IMG/VR virus record: IMGVR_UViG_3300003691_000008
Location: 1-51,849 of that record
From: a virus
Lineage: Duplodnaviria > Caudoviricetes
Strand: one strand, 5' to 3'
Length of the DNA stretch: 51,849 nt
Below the pieces are notes generated by a model, which saw only the letters and a list, made by a program, of their open reading frames with translations, made no database searches and was not told where the DNA came from. Positions 8,509 through 17,819 of this stretch are shown in pieces. Made by a program: the position numbers and the translations under genes. Position 1 is the first letter of the stretch; the number at the start of each line of letters is the position of its first letter.

Positions 8509-8847
8509 TTAGAACAATTGGGGTTGGAGTTTATCCCTTTCTTCTTTACTAGCAATTTTTATAACTCTATAAACATGCGTTGTAGACATATTGAACTCTT
8601 TACCTAGTGCAACATGGTTACTACCCGTAAATGCTTTATATATAGCATGGTGTTTCATTATTGCATTTGTTTTTCTACCATAAGCAAAATAGATATGCTC
8701 GCCACCAAATTGATTACGTAGTTCGTCGCATACCTCAGTTGCCATTTTTTCAGCGTTATCTTTATCAACGCCAAATTTAATCAAGTTCTCCTCTATGTGT
8801 AATAACAATTGAAATACAAACTCGGCAGAACGTTCGGGTAAGCTCAT
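8509..8847 (-). CDS. mor: Mor/C-family transcription activator
   Basis: FGGEHIYF...IYKAFTGSNHVALGKEFNMSTTHVYRVIK is the Mor/C pattern. Confidence 0.9.
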   Translation of the reverse strand: MSLPERSAEFVFQLLLHIEENLIKFGVDKDNAEKMATEVCDELRNQFGGEHIYFAYGRKTNAIMKHHAIYKAFTGSNHVALGKEFNMSTTHVYRVIKIASKEERDKLQPQLF

Positions 8848-8852
8848 AGTAA

Positions 8853-9332
8853 TTAAGTCCTGTATTGATCCTGAATTTTATGAAACATCGCGTTGTTAGC
8901 TTCAGTGCTTTCTTCAAAGCCCCTTTTAATAACAGCTTGTGAGTCTTTAACTTTGGTTGCGCTAGCTGTTGGGTGATGGAATTTCTCTTCAGTAGTTTTC
9001 AGTACCTGGATTAAATAGCTGTGGTTTTTAAACGGCTGTAACGTACCTGATTGGCGTTTAGCTTGAATACTTAATGTAGTTTGTTCCAGGGCTGCACTAA
9101 GCGCTTGCTCATTGCCAGATAGTTCAAGTACTTCATTTATTAACTTAACTGCACGGTCATTGTTTAGATCTGATTTCTCAGGTCGCCACAATGCTACATA
9201 CCCAATAACATGCGTGGCTAGCTTAGGTTTTAACTTAGCTACCAGGGCCAATAGAGATTTAGCGCTACTGTCTTGCACTAACGTATCTAAATTAAGATGA
9301 CCGTGACAACTTGGGCAACGTGCTAGTTTCAT
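8853..9332 (-). CDS. Mu-like prophage hypothetical protein with N-terminal CxxC
   Basis: MKLARCPSCH, YVALWRP and NHSYL motifs; coupled to its neighbours. Confidence 0.7.
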   Translation of the reverse strand: MKLARCPSCHGHLNLDTLVQDSSAKSLLALVAKLKPKLATHVIGYVALWRPEKSDLNNDRAVKLINEVLELSGNEQALSAALEQTTLSIQAKRQSGTLQPFKNHSYLIQVLKTTEEKFHHPTASATKVKDSQAVIKRGFEESTEANNAMFHKIQDQYRT

Positions 9333-9784
9333 ACGTTAGATCCTCGCTCTTTTCTTCCTTCTCTTTCAAGCCAGTTTTTCAGTTGCTCAATTGCTTGATA
9401 AAACATATCTGGCGTAAACCATTCGAGCTTAGTTACTGGTACACCATCATTTTGCGCTTTGCAGTTTGACTTTGCCCAGCTCTCCAATGCTGAATAAGAA
9501 CGGTCTTTAACAAACCCAGCGTCAGCCATTTCTTGCCATAAAGAATAAAGCTTGGCATGTGAACCTTTTAATTTAGGCTTAACTTTACTCTGCACTTTAA
9601 ACCCTGATTTTTTCATGTGCTCAAGTACTTTGAACAACTCAGGGATAGTCATTGATGAACAGCTGCGTTTACCGGTTAATTCGTTTAAATTTGCTCGATA
9701 CAAATCATCATCAAGCTGTAACTGGCTTTTAGCTATATGAATGAGTTTAATGTACCAGGACTTAGGTTTGTATTCTGTTCTCAT
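9329..9784 (-). CDS. gemA: Mu gp16/GemA family protein (DUF1018)
   Basis: IKLIHIAKSQLQLDDDLYR...TGKRSCSSM...IEQLKNW. Confidence 0.85.
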   Translation of the reverse strand: MRTEYKPKSWYIKLIHIAKSQLQLDDDLYRANLNELTGKRSCSSMTIPELFKVLEHMKKSGFKVQSKVKPKLKGSHAKLYSLWQEMADAGFVKDRSYSALESWAKSNCKAQNDGVPVTKLEWFTPDMFYQAIEQLKNWLEREGRKERGSNV

Positions 9785-9993
9785 GATTTTCTCTCCGCTA
9801 GAAATTTTTTGTCTGCTTCCTGCTCAGCTTCAATTATGAGATGACACTCAGAGCAATATTGGTACTCTTCAGTATCTGCATCATGGTGCCAGTTATGCAT
9901 CGCTAGAAACTGTTCAATAGTATCAGTCCCTGTAGAATCAATGCTTTTGAAGCAATTGAGAGCATCACAGTTAATGGTTGTTTCAATAGACAT
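9781..9993 (-). CDS. Small Cys/His-containing phage protein
   Basis: 70 aa with CDALNC and YCSECH; overlaps the gemA start. Confidence 0.6.
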   Translation of the reverse strand: MSIETTINCDALNCFKSIDSTGTDTIEQFLAMHNWHHDADTEEYQYCSECHLIIEAEQEADKKFLAERKS

Positions 9994-9995
9994 TA

Positions 9996-10241
9996 TTAAT
10001 TCTCACTAAGGTCACGAAAAGAAATTTTTATCCCCTTGATTAGCTCAGGCATAATCAAACCTAACTCTTCAACTTCTTGTTTAATGAATTGATAGTTAGC
10101 CAAAAAACGCATGGCAAAGCCACTACGATCTAAAGCGATAAACATACTTTCAGTTTTACCGCTTTCAGCAACTTTTTTATCCCATCGTTTTTTAGCTTGT
10201 TCAAACGCTGAATCCACTTGTTCTTGACTAATTTCACTCAT
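9996..10241 (-). CDS. Hypothetical phage protein
   Basis: 81 aa with a GAGA RBS, in the early operon. Confidence 0.6.
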   Translation of the reverse strand: MSEISQEQVDSAFEQAKKRWDKKVAESGKTESMFIALDRSGFAMRFLANYQFIKQEVEELGLIMPELIKGIKISFRDLSEN

Positions 10242-10288
10242 AATATTCTCTGCTTATATAAGGTATGGCTTTCGCCGTTGTTTCACCC

Positions 10289-10316
10289 AAAAAGCCGCCC
10301 TGAAATCAGGCGGCTT
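10289..10316 (-). terminator. Hairpin / putative terminator downstream of HU
   Basis: AAGCCGCC...GGCGGCTT stem followed by a T-run on the minus strand. Confidence 0.55.
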
Positions 10317-10334
10317 ACTGGTTATTAGTCAAAA

Positions 10335-10610
10335 CTAGCTGTTTACAGCGTCCTTAAGTCCCTTGCCAACTTTAAACTTCGCCACTTTAGCCGCCGCAAT
10401 TTGAATGGTTGCGCCTGTTTGTGGGTTTCGACCAGTGCGAGCAGCACGGGCACCTAATGAAAACGTACCAAAGCCAACCAACGCCACATCACCGCCTTGC
10501 TTGAGTTCGTCAGTTACCGCGACAGTAAACGCATCTAGTGCGCGACCAGCTGCTGCTTTAGAAATGTCTGCATTGATTGAAATTTTTTCTATTAATTGAG
10601 ATTTGTTCAT
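10335..10610 (-). CDS. hup: Phage-encoded DNA-binding protein HU
   Basis: [10 protein letters not shown]...LVGFGTF...RTGRNPQTG; likely start at 10610 after a GGGGAA RBS. Confidence 0.95.
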   Translation of the reverse strand: MNKSQLIEKISINADISKAAAGRALDAFTVAVTDELKQGGDVALVGFGTFSLGARAARTGRNPQTGATIQIAAAKVAKFKVGKGLKDAVNS

Positions 10611-10636
10611 ATTAAATTCCCCTTGAGGATTGAGTG

Positions 10637-10711
10637 TTAAGCACATTGTCTTTGTTTTTGCCAAAGCCATTGGCGCTGTCGTTTTAGTAACTTTTTATTT
10701 TTTGCTTTCAT
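10637..10711 (-). CDS. Putative 24-aa basic peptide
   Basis: [24 protein letters not shown] with an AGGGAAG RBS; fills the gap between DUF3164 and HU. Confidence 0.4.
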   Translation of the reverse strand: MKAKNKKLLKRQRQWLWQKQRQCA

Positions 10712-10720
10712 TGCTTCCCT

Positions 10721-11344
10721 TTAAAGGCTCTTACTAACCAACGGAATTTGCACCCAAGCGCCTTGTATATTGCGCTCTTGAAACGTAATGTACGTTTTAG
10801 AACTACTGCAAATAATGGCTTCGTCTAACGCCTTCATTGCATTGCTCCATTTATCAGACTTATTTGCATCACGGTATTTACGCAACGCTAAGATGCGGTT
10901 TTTGTTGTATTGGCCTTGCTTGTCAGCTTCGAATGCATCACGCATTAGTTGTGATATGAAAGTACTAGTTTCAGCAAGTTCTTCTTCTATAACTTCAGTG
11001 ATAAGTTGTTTAGCAATATCAATCTCAGCACCAAAAGAAATTTGATCTGCAATCCCAACTTGAATCTTCTTCTTTTGGTCAAAGCTTGTTAAAGAAATAT
11101 TACCTTTAGCCCCACCAATGCTCACTTCGTATTCATCAGCGACTAAAGCGATAAGGTCGTTAACCTCGCTGAAGACTCTTCGTTTAAAGTCTTCGTGAGC
11201 TTTGCTTTGCTCTTTTGCTTGCGCGGTTAGCAGCATTACCAAGTCATGCTTTAACAAATCTTGAGGTTTTATTTCGCTAATAGGTGTTTGAAAACCTCGA
11301 CTATTCATTAAAAATTTAGGTTTTTCTATTACTGTTGTCATCAT
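10721..11344 (-). CDS. DUF3164-family Mu-like prophage protein
   Basis: IKPQDLLKHDLV...GGAKGNISLTSFD...AFEADKQG...YITFQER. Confidence 0.85.
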   Translation of the reverse strand: MMTTVIEKPKFLMNSRGFQTPISEIKPQDLLKHDLVMLLTAQAKEQSKAHEDFKRRVFSEVNDLIALVADEYEVSIGGAKGNISLTSFDQKKKIQVGIADQISFGAEIDIAKQLITEVIEEELAETSTFISQLMRDAFEADKQGQYNKNRILALRKYRDANKSDKWSNAMKALDEAIICSSSKTYITFQERNIQGAWVQIPLVSKSL

Positions 11345-11353
11345 TATTTCCTG

Positions 11354-11527
11354 TTAGTAATGTTCGTTAATATCTAAGTCAAAATCTTTCTTGCAAGATG
11401 TGCATTTTATTTCATAGGTTCCAACTTCTATCGCTGTAGTGCAGCCATGCTCATGAGTACCTTGATCGTCTTCACAATGAGGACAATAAAATTCAATGTT
11501 CAAATTTACACTTACTGAAGCAGTCAT
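11354..11527 (-). CDS. 57-aa zinc-ribbon protein (not in ORF track)
   Basis: MTASVSVNLNIEFYCPHC...IKCTSCKKDFDLDINEHY*; GGGGAA RBS, fills the gap between operon genes. Confidence 0.7.
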   Translation of the reverse strand: MTASVSVNLNIEFYCPHCEDDQGTHEHGCTTAIEVGTYEIKCTSCKKDFDLDINEHY

Positions 11528-11536
11528 CGTGTTCCC

Positions 11537-12970
11537 CTATTTGATCATGCCGATAAGTTCGGCGGTAATTACTGGCTCACAAGCGCTAGCTGCTTCGTTC
11601 ATAGCCTTAACCAGTAAAGTGTTAACCATTAACGGATACGTCATATCTTTACTGCCTTTAGGTTTGTTGATACCGTATTGAACTTCGCCTTGAAGCTTGT
11701 TTTTCATGGCTTCAATAGCATCAGGTGTGATCACGTTTTTATAGTCCACATTGCAACGTCCTAGCTTATGAGCCACATAATCAGTGATTGAAGCGCCCAG
11801 TGGTGGCATGTTCATGATGTTGCAGCGGTAAGAAAATTCACGAATCTCAAAATTAGATAAACTTAATGTGGCTTCAAGCTCAGTTTGACCAACCAAAATA
11901 ACGCTAACCAAACGATTAAAACCATCACGTAACTCACAAATACGTTTCAAATGCTTTAAGGCGGCATTACTTAAATCGTGAGCTTCCTCAATAACCACCA
12001 CATGTTTAAAACCTGCTTTAGCGCTTTGCTTTAACGTGCGCTCAATTTTACGTGCCCGGTTCTCAAGGCCATTAGGCATAGACTTAACATTTAACTCTTC
12101 AGCCAACGCATCAAAAATCATGGCTGCAGTTAAGCGTTTTTTATCTATGATCATAGGCTCAATAATCATCAACTCAGGGTTGTTCTTACTTACATAGTCG
12201 TAAAAGCCTTTACGCAGTTCAGTTTTACCCGCACCACATTCACCAATTACCGCTAAAATACTGCCGTTAAGGCTCGCTTGTACCATGCTTTCACGCACAC
12301 GGTGTTGTGCATGGCTCATGAATAAATCTTCAATGCAATGCACTTCATTTTCAAAGGGGTGACGAGTCAAATTAAAATGACTCATCGTTTTTTGGTAAAG
12401 CATTTCAGGCTCCAATGGCTCAAAAATTACAGTGGGTTTAGGGGTGTTTTTTATTGTTGTTTTGCCTTTTTTCTCTTTTGTTTCATTCCACATAGTTGAA
12501 AGCTCATGCGTACTAACGTGCTCACTCATAAACTTTTCAATAGCGGCTTTTATTAATTCCTCTTCTATTGTTTTTGGCCATATTCCATGGCGCAATAGTT
12601 GACTAACGGCAGAGGGAGAAAGCTTCACGCCTGTTGTTTCCATCGCTCTGCGTAAATCAGCTTGTTGTAATTCATACTTCGTTAATAACGGCAGTACCTG
12701 GTAAGCGGCTGTCGCATTAACACTTGTTGGTGCTGCTTTTAGCATTTCCTCTATTTCCTCATTGTTGTCTTCACCCAATAAGCGGGTAAAGCATTCACGA
12801 ATAGCATTAGGGTTTGTACGTGCTGGCCATTGCTCATACCGAATAAAATTAAGCAATGACGTTTTTGAAATGTGCGACCCGTGGGCATTCATATCAGCGA
12901 CTACGTCAAGTTGATTAATACCGTGCGATTTCAACGTTCTTACAATTAAACTTTTCTGAGCAAGTGCCAT
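11537..12970 (-). CDS. Transposition ATPase (MuB/ExeA-like AAA) with duplicated N-terminal HTH
   Basis: Walker A GECGAGKT, Walker B VVVIEEAH, LVGQTEL; directly downstream of the transposase. Confidence 0.85.
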   Translation of the reverse strand: MALAQKSLIVRTLKSHGINQLDVVADMNAHGSHISKTSLLNFIRYEQWPARTNPNAIRECFTRLLGEDNNEEIEEMLKAAPTSVNATAAYQVLPLLTKYELQQADLRRAMETTGVKLSPSAVSQLLRHGIWPKTIEEELIKAAIEKFMSEHVSTHELSTMWNETKEKKGKTTIKNTPKPTVIFEPLEPEMLYQKTMSHFNLTRHPFENEVHCIEDLFMSHAQHRVRESMVQASLNGSILAVIGECGAGKTELRKGFYDYVSKNNPELMIIEPMIIDKKRLTAAMIFDALAEELNVKSMPNGLENRARKIERTLKQSAKAGFKHVVVIEEAHDLSNAALKHLKRICELRDGFNRLVSVILVGQTELEATLSLSNFEIREFSYRCNIMNMPPLGASITDYVAHKLGRCNVDYKNVITPDAIEAMKNKLQGEVQYGINKPKGSKDMTYPLMVNTLLVKAMNEAASACEPVITAELIGMIK

Positions 12971-12983
12971 GGTGATCTCCTTA

Positions 12984-14762
12984 TTAGCTGTTAACGAGTT
13001 TTAATGCTGGAGACTTAACGCGCGTTAACTCGTCTACAATGCGCGGTATATCTTCAACAAAAACTGCTTGGTATTGTGCCAATGCATTAATATCGCGTGG
13101 CTCTAGGTCACGGCCTAAGTTCTGCATTACGGCACGTTTAAGCTCTAACGGGCTTAATGGCTTAGCGGCTGTGGGTACAAACTCGGTTGGCATATCAAAC
13201 TGCGAGCCTTTCGGGGTAATCGCGGCTGGCATATCAATAGCGTTAAGTTGGCTAATGGCTTTAATCTCGCCATTAAACGGGGTGGTTTTTTTCTTCTTAG
13301 CTTTATCGATCTCTTCATCAGTAAGGTTTGGATACGCAACGCGGTCCATCACTTTTTGGTTAGTATCAATAACCGTATCTTGCTTCGTATCAAAACCTTC
13401 ACCAAACACAGGTGAATCGGCTCTAAAGCCAGCTGCATCAAACTCAAGCGGTGCAACTTCATGTAAAACGTTATCACCAGACTTATTAGCTATGGTTACT
13501 AACACCTTGCATTCATCGTTTATAACCAATGGGCTTACAGAAACTTTTAACCCTGCAAAAATACCGTCTAAGTTAGCCAGGCTATACGTGAGTTTCTGCT
13601 TAGCAACCGGATGGCGAAACGATATTTCTAAATCACCTTTAACTAAACGCGTTACAGGCTCATGCGTAAAAATATAACGACAGTAATCTAAGTCAGGTAA
13701 CGCACGTAAATGCTGAATATTCTCGCTTTGCATAATGGTTAGCCAAGCATCAGTACGTGCCATGCCGTGGCGATTATGTTTCGCGTTATAGTTAGGGATT
13801 AAATTAGCGTTGTAAGCATTTTGCCACTGAACAACCGCTTGGTTCAGCTCCTCAACACTATTCACCGCTTCAAGAAACAAACGACCTTCAAAGAGTTTTT
13901 CAACTAAATCATTCGCTTTTTCTACCGCCCCAGTAGCACGTGCTAAATGCGTGGTATGGGCAATATGGTCAACCTTCAAACAACCAAGCGCATGTTTAAT
14001 CGCTTTACTGGTCATGGCGCTACCTTTATCCCAATACACATAGCGTGGCAAACCATGGTATGGCGAGCCAGATAACTTGCTCCAACCAAACAATAAAAAG
14101 TCATAAAGTATTTGCTGATTCTCACCTGCTGATTCAAAATACTTCACTGTGATCAAACCGCTAAAATGGTCAACCATCACATAGCGCCAAACACGTAACC
14201 GCTTTATTTTTTCAAGCATTTCAGGTTTGTTTTTATACTGCTCTTGCATCGTGGTGTACTTTTGAACTTTCATACCCTTCTTTTTACCCGGGGGGTAATA
14301 AAGCACACACATTGACGCATCAGCCAAATGCACATGATTGGCATGTAAGCTTTTAAAATGACCGTGAGTAGTGTCTTGCTTGGCTTTTTTAGCAGTCATG
14401 TTATTGTCTCGCAGCAAACGGTTTACATTGCTAGTGCTGGTAAACTTGTGACCATTTTGAGATAACACACTAATCAGGTTAGGCGTTTCTAACAGTGTTT
14501 TACCATTGGCTCTAGCACTGGCTTTGCTGGCTGCAGCAAGTAAAGTTAACGATGCCATGTCTTGGCTAGTAGTCCCTGCATCAGCACGCGTTTTACGTCC
14601 AGAGCCACCCGTTAAGGTTTTTAATGTGCGGTAAAACTTATCTTTGCCCCAACCCAACTGAGTTAATGCGCGAGATAAAATAGCGCCTTTGGTGCCACTT
14701 TTAGCGTTATCAAGTTGCTGACCAAAATCAAGAACCATAGTGCGAGCTACATCAGAAATCAT
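12984..14762 (-). CDS. DDE transposase (MuA-like, B3/BcepMu type)
   Basis: RKTRADAG, HLADAS, VDHFSG, YWDKGSA and ATGAVEKAND give a D/D/E triad. Confidence 0.92.
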   Translation of the reverse strand: MISDVARTMVLDFGQQLDNAKSGTKGAILSRALTQLGWGKDKFYRTLKTLTGGSGRKTRADAGTTSQDMASLTLLAAASKASARANGKTLLETPNLISVLSQNGHKFTSTSNVNRLLRDNNMTAKKAKQDTTHGHFKSLHANHVHLADASMCVLYYPPGKKKGMKVQKYTTMQEQYKNKPEMLEKIKRLRVWRYVMVDHFSGLITVKYFESAGENQQILYDFLLFGWSKLSGSPYHGLPRYVYWDKGSAMTSKAIKHALGCLKVDHIAHTTHLARATGAVEKANDLVEKLFEGRLFLEAVNSVEELNQAVVQWQNAYNANLIPNYNAKHNRHGMARTDAWLTIMQSENIQHLRALPDLDYCRYIFTHEPVTRLVKGDLEISFRHPVAKQKLTYSLANLDGIFAGLKVSVSPLVINDECKVLVTIANKSGDNVLHEVAPLEFDAAGFRADSPVFGEGFDTKQDTVIDTNQKVMDRVAYPNLTDEEIDKAKKKKTTPFNGEIKAISQLNAIDMPAAITPKGSQFDMPTEFVPTAAKPLSPLELKRAVMQNLGRDLEPRDINALAQYQAVFVEDIPRIVDELTRVKSPALKLVNS

Positions 14763-14796
14763 AAATTTCCCCTACTGAAAATAAAACACGTGAAAA

Positions 14797-15750
14797 TTAG
14801 TCAACTAAACGCTGTTCAGCAGGTTCATCTTCATTTTGCAGATTCAAAAAAGTATCCTCAGCAGATACATCAGGGCGATACTTACCACCCAACACACCAA
14901 ATAATTCGTTAGTAAAGTTATTCACTAAGGCATGAGCTGCTTGCGCTTCGCTTAATAAACTACGCGCAATTAAATCAATGGCTTTATCGTCTAACGATTC
15001 ATCATTCTGTAAGTTGTCAAAAACATCAGCTAATTGATTGATGCCTTGTTCTATGGCTGTTTTTGCATGCATCATGGCAGCGACATTATCTAAGGTTTGA
15101 CGTTGCCAAGGTGCTTGGTTGAAACGGCGTATAGCCTCTATTTCTTTTATTTTATTAAGCTCTTGTTGTGTTTCAGCCGAGTTCTCGCGTACTGCTGAAA
15201 CGGTTTGGTTGGCATCATCTACTTGTTTTTGCAATTCAGCTTTTTCAATCACTTGCTTGAAATTAAGGTCTTCAATAAGCTCTTTAACCGCTTCTTTATC
15301 AGATAAATCAACGGCTTCACTGTTGATGATAAGTTGTTGAGACTCTTCAGGTAATTGGCGTAATTTGCGAAGTTCACGATTGCCAAGGCCCATAGACTGA
15401 GAGGATTCAAAAAATTCTTGACCAAAAGATTCTAGATTTTGTTCGTCCTCTTGCATGGAACGGTAAGAGCGCCCAAAAAACACAGTACAAACATCCTTAA
15501 TATCTGCGACCGTCGCACTTTTCCCATCTTCATCGGTATAGACCAAACCCTTGTATTGCTTGGATTCTTTAATCTTTTTAAAGGTTACTAATTCTGCGAC
15601 AGTCGCATACTTCTTCATGTTGTTAAAAGCTTGTATTTGACCTATTGCCATCAATACATCTTGCTTACTTGCCAATACCGCTTTGGCATCTACAACAGCT
15701 GTTTGCTGTTCTGCAGACAGTTCTGTAACTTTTGTGTGTTCATTATTCAT
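14797..15750 (-). CDS. DUF3102-like Mu-like early protein
   Basis: IKESKQYKGL...NLESFGQEFFE...MGLGNRELRKLRQLP, typical of the gene upstream of B3-type transposases. Confidence 0.65.
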   Translation of the reverse strand: MNNEHTKVTELSAEQQTAVVDAKAVLASKQDVLMAIGQIQAFNNMKKYATVAELVTFKKIKESKQYKGLVYTDEDGKSATVADIKDVCTVFFGRSYRSMQEDEQNLESFGQEFFESSQSMGLGNRELRKLRQLPEESQQLIINSEAVDLSDKEAVKELIEDLNFKQVIEKAELQKQVDDANQTVSAVRENSAETQQELNKIKEIEAIRRFNQAPWQRQTLDNVAAMMHAKTAIEQGINQLADVFDNLQNDESLDDKAIDLIARSLLSEAQAAHALVNNFTNELFGVLGGKYRPDVSAEDTFLNLQNEDEPAEQRLVD

Positions 15751-15785
15751 GGGTTTTTTCCTAAGAAATGGCTAGTGTTTGAAAG

Positions 15786-16103
15786 CTATAGCGCCAAGCG
15801 ACTATAGTTGGTTTGATCTTGTTGAAGTTGAAGCTGTGCTTGTGAGAGATTAAGCGCCACAGTATTTGAAAGTTGTACCAGAGCCACGCCTAAGCGGTAG
15901 CGCTTATTATCAGCGGGTAAACGCTCAACAAACTGCTGTGCTTCAAGATTCGCGAGTACGCGGGTAATATTGCTTGCACTTACATTGGCAAACTTGCTTA
16001 ATTCAGTGGGGCTAATGCCGCTAATTTCTTTACCTGCCATGAAGCGAATTACGCGTAAAGTGCGTTGCACCTGGTCTGAAATATAATTTGGTGAGGTGCT
16101 CAT
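15786..16103 (-). CDS. IclR-type HTH DNA-binding protein
   Basis: RTLRVIRFMAG...GISPTELSK...NITRVLANL...RYRLG. Confidence 0.8.
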   Translation of the reverse strand: MSTSPNYISDQVQRTLRVIRFMAGKEISGISPTELSKFANVSASNITRVLANLEAQQFVERLPADNKRYRLGVALVQLSNTVALNLSQAQLQLQQDQTNYSRLAL

Positions 16104-16591
16104 TATTTAGCTCCTTGAGAGAACATATCAAATTCTTCTTGCGGCATTTCGGCAACCTTCACATTACGTTGCTGATATGCCAAATCTTGCATCAGCACTT
16201 TAATGCCATCTATTGCCTCTTGTGCTGTGCATTCGCCTTGGTTTGCTTCAATAATTTTGGCAACTACCTTAGCCATGTATAACTGCAATTCATTCAAATC
16301 TTTATGCTCTGCCTTGCGACCAGTTGGTGCAGGTACTAACAAGAACCCTTGGCTTTGAGCAAGGTATTGGGTAACAAAGTTAATACCGCAGGCTTCTTCA
16401 AACGCTATCACCTTGTTTACCGGCATGGTTGCATCGCCCAACCACTTGTATAAACAATCAGGGCTTACCCCTAATCGGTCACCAATACGTTGCACACTTT
16501 GCTGCTTTTTTTCTTTGCCATGGTCTTTAGCTAAGTTAAGCGCCTTAACCATAGAATGCGGAACAAGGCGGTTCCAATATGTCTTAGTCAT
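16103..16591 (-). CDS. Phage regulatory protein (CII-like HTH)
   Basis: RIGDRLGVSPDCLYKWL HTH; start after an AAGGAG RBS. Confidence 0.6.
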   Translation of the reverse strand: MTKTYWNRLVPHSMVKALNLAKDHGKEKKQQSVQRIGDRLGVSPDCLYKWLGDATMPVNKVIAFEEACGINFVTQYLAQSQGFLLVPAPTGRKAEHKDLNELQLYMAKVVAKIIEANQGECTAQEAIDGIKVLMQDLAYQQRNVKVAEMPQEEFDMFSQGAK

Positions 16592-16925
16592 TAGAAATGA
16601 CTCCTTGATCACGTTTCCAAAAATGTAGTTCGTTTTGCTCTATACAACCCAACAGCGCTGAGTCTAAGCTGTAATCAATCACTTGAAACGACAGGACACA
16701 GGCATCATGCATAACCAAACGAATACGGGTAGTAATACGTTTAACATTACCTTTAGTATTACTAATGAAGAATTTGGCATCATTAGAGCTTTGTTCGAAC
16801 TGTTGGTTAAATTGCCCAACCACATTCGGTACGACACAATTGCTTGGGCCATTGAGAGAAAGGACCCCACCATGTTGAAGCTCAAGGCGTTGTGCCAATG
16901 TTTGGGCTTGACTGGTTATATTCAT
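16584..16925 (-). CDS. Hypothetical early protein
   Basis: 113 aa with an AGGGG RBS, between Ner and the CII-like gene. Confidence 0.45.
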   Translation of the reverse strand: MNITSQAQTLAQRLELQHGGVLSLNGPSNCVVPNVVGQFNQQFEQSSNDAKFFISNTKGNVKRITTRIRLVMHDACVLSFQVIDYSLDSALLGCIEQNELHFWKRDQGVISND

Positions 16926-16977
16926 TATTATTTTTTAACCCCTGATAAATTTAGACAATCGTTGTTTACACCCAAAA

Positions 16978-17247
16978 CTAAGAGGCTAAACGTAGTTGAA
17001 GAGCCTCAATACGTTCTTGGCGTGAGGTAGCAAGATGTTGTTCATCGAGGTAGCCCGGCACATCAGGAAATACTTTTTCAATAGGCAGTTCAAGCGCAGC
17101 AGAAATAGCGGTGGCAACGCGTAGGCTGTTAGTTAAACGTTTAACTACCTGCTGAACATTGACGGGGGAGCAATTCAATGCGGCGGCAATCATAGACAGT
17201 GAATAGCCTTTTTTACGTAATTCGCTTTTAATTGTTTCTCGATCCAT
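16978..17247 (-). CDS. ner: Ner-like DNA-binding protein
   Basis: IKSELRKKGYSLSMIA...AISAALELPIEKVFP; divergent from the repressor. Confidence 0.85.
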   Translation of the reverse strand: MDRETIKSELRKKGYSLSMIAAALNCSPVNVQQVVKRLTNSLRVATAISAALELPIEKVFPDVPGYLDEQHLATSRQERIEALQLRLAS

Positions 17248-17323
17248 AGTAGACTCGCTTAGTTATGCTTAGTTGGTGCTAGGCATTGGTTAGTAGTTCT
17301 TTTATTAAGTTGGGGTTAGTGTA

Positions 17324-17341
17324 GGTGACATATATGTCACC
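17324..17341. promoter_or_regulatory. Immunity operator candidate
   Basis: Perfect 18-bp palindrome GGTGACATATATGTCACC between divergent ner and repressor. Confidence 0.7.
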
Positions 17342-17362
17342 GTCAACACTTTTATATGACAC

Positions 17363-17788
17363 ATGTTGCTATATAACAGATTGAAAAACGACCGGATGCG
17401 CTTAAAGGTAAGCCAAGAGCGCTTCTCTATCGTGTGCGGTGTTTCAAAAAGAACGTATATGCGTTGGGAAAAAGAGGTTGCGATTCCTGCCGACAAGCTT
17501 TCATTACTAGTGAATGAAGGGCTTGATGTTCAATATGTGGTCACTGGCGTACGATCACAAAACTTGAGCGAGATAACACATAAACCACAACGTCGTCATT
17601 TTGATTTTGAAGGAAAACTGAAAAAAATAATTTGTATTTTAGAAGAAGAGCTTGATGCTCAAGGGTTAGAGCTAGACCCCGAGCCTAAAGCACAAGTCAT
17701 TGAAGGCTTATTGATGCAGGCAATAATAAACGAAGAGCAACCTACCAAAGAAAATGTATTGCCATTTTTAAAGGTGGTTGGGTTGTAA
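17363..17788 (+). CDS. Prophage repressor (XRE HTH)
   Basis: RLKNDRMRLKVSQERFS...GVSKRTYMRWEK...DVQYVVTG. Confidence 0.88.
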   Translation: MLLYNRLKNDRMRLKVSQERFSIVCGVSKRTYMRWEKEVAIPADKLSLLVNEGLDVQYVVTGVRSQNLSEITHKPQRRHFDFEGKLKKIICILEEELDAQGLELDPEPKAQVIEGLLMQAIINEEQPTKENVLPFLKVVGL

Positions 17789-17819
17789 CCATTGGATAAT
17801 TAAGATGTAAGGTGTACCA

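Noticed and set aside
10611-10670. 20-aa N-terminal extension of HU
   Set aside because: The canonical MNKSQL start with an RBS is at 10610
13039-13677. 212-aa plus-strand ORF and the other antisense or alternative-frame ORFs in the track
   Set aside because: They overlap well-supported genes and lack RBS or motifs; treated as shadow ORFs
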